Assembly (NCBI RefSeq): GCF_021869535.1
Contig: NW_026262604.1
Coordinates: 24,924,001-24,988,000, forward strand
Length of the DNA: 64,000 nt
Source of the DNA: Mytilus californianus
Taxonomy: Eukaryota
Direction: 5' to 3'
In this document: positions 57,601 to 64,000 of the stretch, in pieces
How the letters are laid out: each line of letters starts with the position of its first letter
How positions within the stretch are numbered: position 1 is the stretch's first letter
Notes under the pieces: model-generated
The model's database searches: none
Told to the model about the DNA's origin: nothing
What the model saw: only the letters and a program-made list of their open reading frames with translations
Made by a program: the position numbers and the translations under genes

Positions 57601-59705
57601 CCAGTATATACAACATTGGGCCACTGACGGCTTGTGTACAGATAATGTATACTATTCGTCATAAGTTTGACCTTGACAACCAAAAAAGCTCATTGAAGCA
57701 TTTTTTTTTCAACAGCAGCACTACGAAAAAAAGCGAATATCAATAAAAGGTAATATCGAGTACACCTCAATTAATCAGGAGATAAACAAATTCTAAAAAA
57801 AACTAAAGGAAGGCTTGATTTTTTAATCACCATTGGCAAATAGCAGGTAAGGAATACCAGAATATCGACTGATCGACTAACTGTTGTTAGCCTTACGACC
57901 AGTGGCAAATGTTTCGTGCATGTTCAGGTCGAGAATAGATTAACAATACATACAATAAGTATGTCCTGCAAAAGGGGGTCAACCGGGATGATTAGCGGGA
58001 AATTTTGATTCCCTCTGGAAAATAGGTCTATTGGATACAGATAGAAATTAAGCCTTGCAACAGGCCCTTTTAAAAATTAAAAAAGTTGTAACAAGGGTTC
58101 TTAACGTGGAAAGAGTGTGCTATTCTCTCTACACGAGGCATCTAATTTAGCGTTCCAAATTTGACCGGACGTGACTGCGAAAGACGCCCGGAGAAGACCC
58201 ATGAGATAACCTAATGTTGATACTCTAGTCAACCTTTTGGGTTTCGAAAATCAAAGTATGGAAAATTACAGTAAATCGGACAAAAAAAAGATAGATCAAA
58301 CCAAACGTGACGTGTACTATATCTGCCTAATACCGAAGCTTTGTTTTGATTTTATGTTGGTGTGAAATTCGTACAAGAAAGATTTTATAAAAATGTCTGC
58401 TGCATGGAACTACAAATTACGTCGAATTCTAATTAAGATTTGTTAATCCAATTGTAATTATTTAGTTCATATTCAATTCAGAACTAATCAAACATTAAAA
58501 TAAAAAGGAAGTTTTGGGTTGGTACTCCAGAATATGTTTAAACCCGCCACTGAAAAAGGGGGTATTTATGATAGTGGCACACACAAATTGGAAAGATAAA
58601 AGCAGATAGTTGGCCAAATAAATTGCAAAACAGTTATTGAAGACCGTACTGTGACCTATAATGGTTTACTTTTATAAATTTTGACTTGGATGGAGAGTTG
58701 TCTCATTGGCACTCATACCACATCTTCTTATATCTAATTATACTACAATTCTTCAAATTTGGTTGATATTGCTTTTAGTTTCGTTAATCTATTACTGAAC
58801 TGTGAATAAAAGGGGGTATGGGTATACGCCATTAAAACATCAACCAAACCACATCAAAAACGATTTTAACCAAAAGCTATTTTTGCTGTCATTAATGTAT
58901 CATTTAACACATATTTTTGGGAAATCAAAACATGACAAATCCTTCACGGAATCAATATGGTAAATGTTTTACCCACATCTACATCATTCACATGCCATCT
59001 TGTAGCCAAATATCTTTAGAGGTATGACTCAAGAACATTTAAATATAAGCCAAGTTATCAAAATGGTGCTTTTTTCGTTGTTCTTGAAGTTTTATTCCTA
59101 AATACACGGGGTTTGGTGGATTGGTATTTAACGTTCAGTGGAAAATATAACATGCATATGAGCACAAAAATATTTTAAGGCAATATGATTATTGAAACCC
59201 TGCTTTGTACTAGACCGACACGCTGCGCTGTATTTTTAAGTTGCTAGTCATGAAGGCAACAGTCCGACGGACTACCCGGACACACCATTCTGACTCCGAG
59301 CCGACAAGTCTTTTCTATAATCCCTTATAATAAGAAGCGGTGCATACCGGGTTTGACCCGGTCTTGGATTGAACATACGACATCCGACACTCGAGGCGAG
59401 CACAGGGCTGCGTTATATTTGGAACATTTTTGTAATTGTCTTCAGCATTTTTCTATCAAAAACCTTGACGAACAAAATGGAGCGAAAGCGCTGAATATGA
59501 ACTATGACCTAAAAGCGTATTTATTCTTTTTCAATTTGTTTTACAGCATACAAACCCTTTTCCAACTAATTTTGGAAAAGAGAACAACAATACATTGGTG
59601 ATTTCTAATTATAATAAAGAAAATGACGGCCATTACCACTGTTATGCTGTGAATTCCTTAGGAACAGCGAAAGTAGACTTTACCATTAAAGGGACTGACA
59701 CATGA
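45585..59705 (+). CDS. Gene C (5'-incomplete), spliced: join(45585..45667,47414..47485,48665..48770,49356..49456,50836..50907,55131..55194,57257..57378,59547..59705). LU-like x2 + I-set-like Ig, no Thr linker, predicted secreted
   Basis: One open frame across eight GT-AG exons with the same phase pattern as A and B, TGA at 59703-59705 and ATTAAA at 59799-59804. The signal exon(s) were not confidently found. Confidence 0.86.
47414..47485 (+). CDS. Gene C exon b: ACYTQRFITYDGITLFNVGCQDHD
   Basis: atttcag|...|gtatgt, 72 nt. Confidence 0.92.
48665..48770 (+). CDS. Gene C exon c: QCMAHPGRSVGDVNVCTKCCNNTDVCNLDQLCSSE
   Basis: attacag|...|gtagcg, phase 0-1. Confidence 0.9.
49356..49456 (+). CDS. 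Gene C exon d: FVPKPGHVLCFSCPYSLEQPAQCHRITLCGQDQ
   Basis: ttattgcag|...|gtaaag, phase 1-0. Confidence 0.92.
49643..50254. mobile_element. 612-bp MITE with GGTAGATAGGGTGTCT TIRs and TTAA TSD (Kolobok-like signature)
   Basis: ttaa|ggtagatagggtgtct ... agacaccccatctacc|ttaa. Confidence 0.85.
50395..50620 (-). mobile_element. Penelope-like terminal fragment
   Basis: Same family as 35325-35518. Confidence 0.7.
50836..50907 (+). CDS. Gene C exon e: QCSINTTRNLLNEKRYKMGCSANK
   Basis: tttctag|...|gttagt, 72 nt. Confidence 0.92.
51740..52054. mobile_element. ~315-bp MITE with ~88-bp TIRs and TA termini/TSD
   Basis: tattaccgacttttgattccgga...ggtcaggtaa / ttacctgacc...tccggagtcaaaagtcggtaata. Confidence 0.82.
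52111..52614. mobile_element. ~500-bp foldback element (arms 52111-52347 and 52386-52614, ~40-bp spacer)
   Basis: Long imperfect inverted repeat aligned by eye. Confidence 0.82.
52813..54314. repeat. 751-bp near-perfect tandem duplication (52813-53563, 53564-54314)
   Basis: Two substitutions seen: C53198/T53949 and A53475/T54226. Confidence 0.93.
55131..55194 (+). CDS. Gene C exon f (short): ACQKSANSYCCNNQLCNRHIP
   Basis: ttttttctag|...|gtaaga, phase 0-1, CC-x4-CN motif. Confidence 0.9.
56488..56967 (+). mobile_element. Penelope-like retroelement 3' fragment (probably Naiad-type, RT at the C-terminus)
   Basis: YDFLDRGLLLTRKLLNQEFQTVKLKSSLRKFYGRHHELVDRYGISVSQM (track ORF 56427..56666) followed by the abundant terminal region. 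Confidence 0.85.
57088..57221. mobile_element. Internally deleted 134-bp copy of the TTAA MITE, inverted relative to 23029-23418
   Basis: ttaa|gggtgtttgctcc ... gtgaacatcc|ttaa. Confidence 0.75.
57257..57378 (+). CDS. Gene C Ig exon 1: KPIIVNPTSNQHIQVKYHTDVRITCIVTGYPEPTIGYEFK
   Basis: aatatag|...|gtatcc, 122 nt like A and B, C-x3-G-x-P-x-P motif. Confidence 0.9.
59112..59403 (-). mobile_element. Degenerate tRNA-derived SINE (Meta/MESC-domain-like)
   Basis: gctttgtactagacc.acacgctg...ccgagcc..caagtc...gtttgacccg...cactcgaggcgagcac pattern, recognised from memory of mollusc SINEs. Confidence 0.55.
59547..59705 (+). CDS. Gene C Ig exon 2 (terminal): HTNPFPTNFGKENNNTLVISNYNKENDGHYHCYAVNSLGTAKVDFTIKGTDT*
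   Basis: ttttacag acceptor, D-x-G-x-Y-x-C-x-A-x-N-x-x-G motif. Confidence 0.92.
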   Translation, partial: HTNPFPTNFGKENNNTLVISNYNKENDGHYHCYAVNSLGTAKVDFTIKGTDT

Positions 59706-59860
59706 TGGGTACTAGCCTAAAAGAAGTTCCACAAGACCGCAAACATTTACTTCAAGTGTTCGATGTTATCAGAACACATTCTGTCCGATCAATTTTGTAT
59801 TAAACATTCACAATATCTTGCTCACTGTACTGATTAGTATATGATAAGTATCACAGCGTT

Positions 59861-61453
59861 CAAACAACCTTAAAACTCTAATGATATACCAAACAACCTT
59901 AAAACCCTAATGATAAACCAAACAACCTTAAAACTCTAATGATATATCAAACAACCTTAAAACTCTTATGCTATACCAAACAACCTTAAAACTTTAATGA
60001 TATACCAAACAACCTTAAAACTCTTATGATATCTCAAACAACCACATTAAAGCTCTAATGATATACCAAACAACCTTAAATCTCTATAATGATATACCAA
60101 ACAACCTTAAAACTCTAATGATATACCAAGCAACCTTAAAAATCTAATGATATACCTAACAACCTTATAACTCTAATGATATACCAAACACCTTAAATCT
60201 ATAATGAAATACCAAACAACCTTAAAACTCTAATGATATACCAAACAACCTTAAAACTCTAATGATATACCAAACAACCTTAAAACTTTAATGATATACC
60301 AAACAACCTTAAAACTCTTATGATATCCCAAACAACCACCTTAAAGCTCAAATGATATACCAAACAACCTTAAATCTCTATAATGATATACCAAACAACC
60401 TTAAAACTCTAATGATATACCAAGCAACCTTAAAAATCTAATGATATACCTAACAACCTTATAACTCTAATGATATACCAAACAACCTTAAATCTATAAT
60501 GAAATACCAAACAACCTTAAAACTCTAATGATATACCAAATAACCTTAAAACTCTAATGATATACCAAACAACCTTAAAACTCTATTGATATACCCAACA
60601 ACCTTAAAACCCTTATGGTATACCAAACAACCTTAAAACTCTATTGATATACCTAACAACCTTAAAACTCTAACGGTATACAAAACAACCTTAAAACTTT
60701 AATGATATACCAAGCAACCTTAAAACTCTAATGATATACCAAACAACCTTAAAACTCTAATGATATACCAAACAACCTTAAAACTCTAATGATATACCAA
60801 ACAACCTTAAAACTCTAACGGTATACCAAACAACCTTAAAACTCTAATGATATACCAAGCAACCTTAAAACTCTAATGATATACCAAACAACCTTATAAC
60901 TCTAATGATATACCAAACAACCTTAAATCTATAATGAAATACCAAACAACCTTAAAACTCTAATGATATACCAAATAACCTTAAAACTCTAATGATATAC
61001 CAAACAACCTTAAAACTCTATTGATATACCCAACAACCTTAAAACCCTTATGGTATACCAAACAACCTTAAAACTCTATTGATATACCTAACAACCTTAA
61101 AACTCTAACGGTATACAAAACAACCTTAAAACTTTAATGATATACCAAGCAACCTTAAAACTCTAATGATATACCAAACAACCTTAAAACTCTAATGATA
61201 TACCAAACAACCTTAAAACTCTAATGATATACCAAACAACCTTAAAACTCTAACGGTATACCAAACAACCTTAAAACTCTAATGATATACCAAGCAACCT
61301 TAAAACTCTAATGATATACCAAACAACCTTAAAACTCTAATGATATACCAAACAACCTTAAAACTCTAATGATATACCAAACAACCTTAAAACTCTAATG
61401 ATATACCAAACAACCTTAAAGCTCTAATGATATAACAAATAACCTTAAAACTC
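59861..61453. repeat. 29-bp satellite array CTCTAATGATATACCAAACAACCTTAAAA, about 55 units
   Basis: Direct periodicity, with internal higher-order periods of ~294 and 435 bp. Confidence 0.96.
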
Positions 61454-63094
61454 AAACTGATATTTATTCGTTTATATGAATAAAAGGAGAAGTGGGGTGT
61501 ACATCAATTACACAGCAACTAAACGGCATAAATAGCCTAAAACATCTTAAGATGAACATACAATCGACAACTATAGGCAGGTGTCTTTACAATAGCTCAG
61601 GCTCTTATTCAGTCACTTAAATCAAGCTCAAAATACAAAACCAGCCGACATGAAAACTAACAGTTGCATACTTCAATGTTCGTGACTGTCCTTCACAGCT
61701 GAACCAACGCCACTAAAATGCCACAAGTACAGAGATACATGGCATTGTGCAATGTTTGTACAAGCCTATAGAGAAGCTATATTTTTATGATCTTTATTTA
61801 CAGTTTTATTACAGTCAGCTTTCCATGCATTGCACAAATATAGACAAGAAGTGTAAATGTGTTTAGTGTTTAAATATCAGATTTATTTGTACTAGGCTAA
61901 GAAACAATAGAAACGTGAGCTTCAGCATGTGACAAATGTAATTTTGTATGCAAGACGAGCGCTTCGTCTACAAATTGCTCATCAGCGATGCTCAAATCAA
62001 AAAAGTTAAAAGGACAAATAAAGTACGAAGTTGAAGAGCATTGAGGACCAAAAAATAACTGTTTTATGTGGCTATCTTGTTTGCTTTTTAGTTACAAATT
62101 TTGTTGAGATAAAATATTTTATTGGTGATTTAACAAGATATATTTATATTTTTTTCACTTGTTAAGCTAATGTCTAGCATCACCATTCAATTCACATTTT
62201 AAAGTTTTTCCGAAATAGAAAAAAAAATGAGTTCATGAAAGAACATACCGAGGAACAAAACAACCTTTTCTCAGAATGACAGACAAAACTATGACAGACA
62301 AAAATATATATGTCCGTATAATTGATTTTGTTCTAATATTTCAAAGCGCAAAGAGCAAAGCACTATCCCTAGAAGGATCAATCGTATCCATTCCGACGAA
62401 CGTGACTGCCTATATTACCACATTTCACAGGTGGGTTTAGGGAGGGGGCCGGGGCGTGTCTCCTTTTATGGAGCTTCATGTTTGATAAATGCATAGATTT
62501 TTTCCAAGTGTCACTGCAAACGTTGGCTTTCCAGCACCCCCCCCCCCCCTTTTTTTTAAATTGCAGTTCCGCACCTGTATTTACTTCATAAATAATTTTA
62601 GATCTCGAAAAATAACAACATGGTATATTCTTACTGTTGTGTCTCTTCTTTATATTGGTATAAAATCATTCATTTAAATCAAATTGTTTATTCTGTGCGT
62701 CAATTAAGATAACAAATTCCCTAACATTTTACGGGTTTCCTCTGTGCGTGACAATTGAATGAATGAAGTAAACATCATGTATGGTATTGTGCAATGAATT
62801 CCGTAAATAGATATAATTGACCTTTTCACCTCTGTCTTAGACGTATATCCAGAACAAGATCAAAGTCAACGAAATATTAGAAATTCGAAAAAATGTTGTT
62901 GTTATATAGTATACCGAATTTACCATTGAAATTATTTAACCTGCTGTTGTAATAAAAATGATACATGTCTGCATATAGTTTAAATTATAGAAAACTAGGC
63001 ATCATAATTCAAGTTCCAATGGTCAGCATATATAAACATATCTAATGTTTGATTTGGGTGATTAATAGTAAATTAAAATCTTCAGTGTGATCTC

Positions 63095-63304
63095 TATAGT
63101 CTATGAACTCTGAGGTGATTTCAAACCCCGCTCGTAGCAGGTGCGTTCGGCTCTAATTTTAATGGTCTAAAATTGCCAGTTTCTTGTCGAATGTTGATGA
63201 TTCTCTCCGGGCACTACGGCTTCCTCCACCAATAAAAATCGACCGCCATTATGTAGCCAAGAGTGCTAAAAGTGGTGTGAAGCAACAACAATCAATCAAT
63301 CAAT
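63095..63304 (+). mobile_element. tRNA-derived V-domain-like SINE with (TCAA)n tail
   Basis: B-box-like gatttcaaacccc, ctccgggcactacggcttcctccaccaataaaa core, caatcaatcaat tail. Confidence 0.7.
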
Positions 63305-64000
63305 AAAGTCTGTATGTGCCTGACCAAGTCAAGAGCCTGTAATTCAGTATTAATTTGTCGTTTGTTGCTGTATATCAAATTTGTTTTTCGGTCATTGTTT
63401 TGTAAATAAATCACGCCGTTAGTTTACTTGTTTGTATTATCTTACATTTGTCATTTAGGAGCCTTTTATAGCTGGCTATGCGGTATGGGTTTTGCGCATT
63501 CTTGAAGGCCGTATGCTGACCTATTGTTGTAAATTTCTATGCCATTTGGTCTCTGGTGGAGAGTTGTCTCATTGGCAATCTTACCACATCTTCTAATTTT
63601 TATATTGTTATTGAAAGTACGTTTGCATAATGCCATTGATAAGATACAATATGGATAGTTTTTTTCAACTATTCAGCCACTATAAGTGACTCATCATTTT
63701 TTTTTAACTGGGGGTTAATTATTTTGAACCCCGATTTAATTTACTCCGATTAGTGTTACTCTAATGGTAACACTTCATAGTGGGATGCTTAGATGGTACA
63801 TATAACAAGACACGCTATTGTGTAAATATTCGAAAATATCCTAATTAATGTACATTCTATTTGGTTAAAAGTTACAAAATTTTGCAGAAAAAGTTGACAT
63901 CCTGTAAGAATAAGAAAATTTGATATGTCTTTATTTATATATATATCAGAACAACAGTACTGATAAATTGTTGTGTACTTAAAATTGGATTGATAAGGAT

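Noticed and set aside
59861-61453. CRISPR-like array (29-bp repeats; also the 24-bp array at 12404-12545)
   Set aside because: Contiguous monomers without unique spacers, eukaryotic context and no cas genes
62347-62430. 84-nt AG/GT-bounded segment, possibly an exon of a further gene
   Set aside because: Weak splice sites, two open frames, no motif and no partner exons found in the window

Overview
Eukaryotic, very AT-rich genomic DNA; the interspersed repeats suggest a bivalve, probably Mytilus-like (inference, no database search). The ORF track is mostly noise because the real genes are spliced into short exons. Reading GT-AG exons by hand gives a + strand tandem cluster of three paralogs: A ~800-11255, B 15395-39156 (complete, 301 aa) and C ~45585-59705. 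They share one architecture: signal peptide (found only for B), two Ly6/uPAR(LU, three-finger)-like Cys-rich domains each built from a 3-exon phase 1-0-0-1 module, an optional Thr-rich linker and one C-terminal I-set-like Ig domain. No TM or GPI segment is visible, so they are predicted secreted. The cluster shows exon-level birth and death: gene A has an intact and a dead copy of one LU exon plus a candidate extra exon, and gene B has a MITE-interrupted relic exon. Other features are a G-(K)-R motif inside LU1, an Ig domain with Phe/Tyr in place of the core Trp, and paired Cys loss in gene C. Introns and intergenic DNA hold Penelope-like RT fragments, hammerhead-ribozyme relics, TTAA MITEs, Helentron/HINE-like elements, tRNA-derived SINEs, foldbacks, satellites and a 751-bp near-perfect tandem duplication. 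No rRNA, true tRNA or CRISPR was found.
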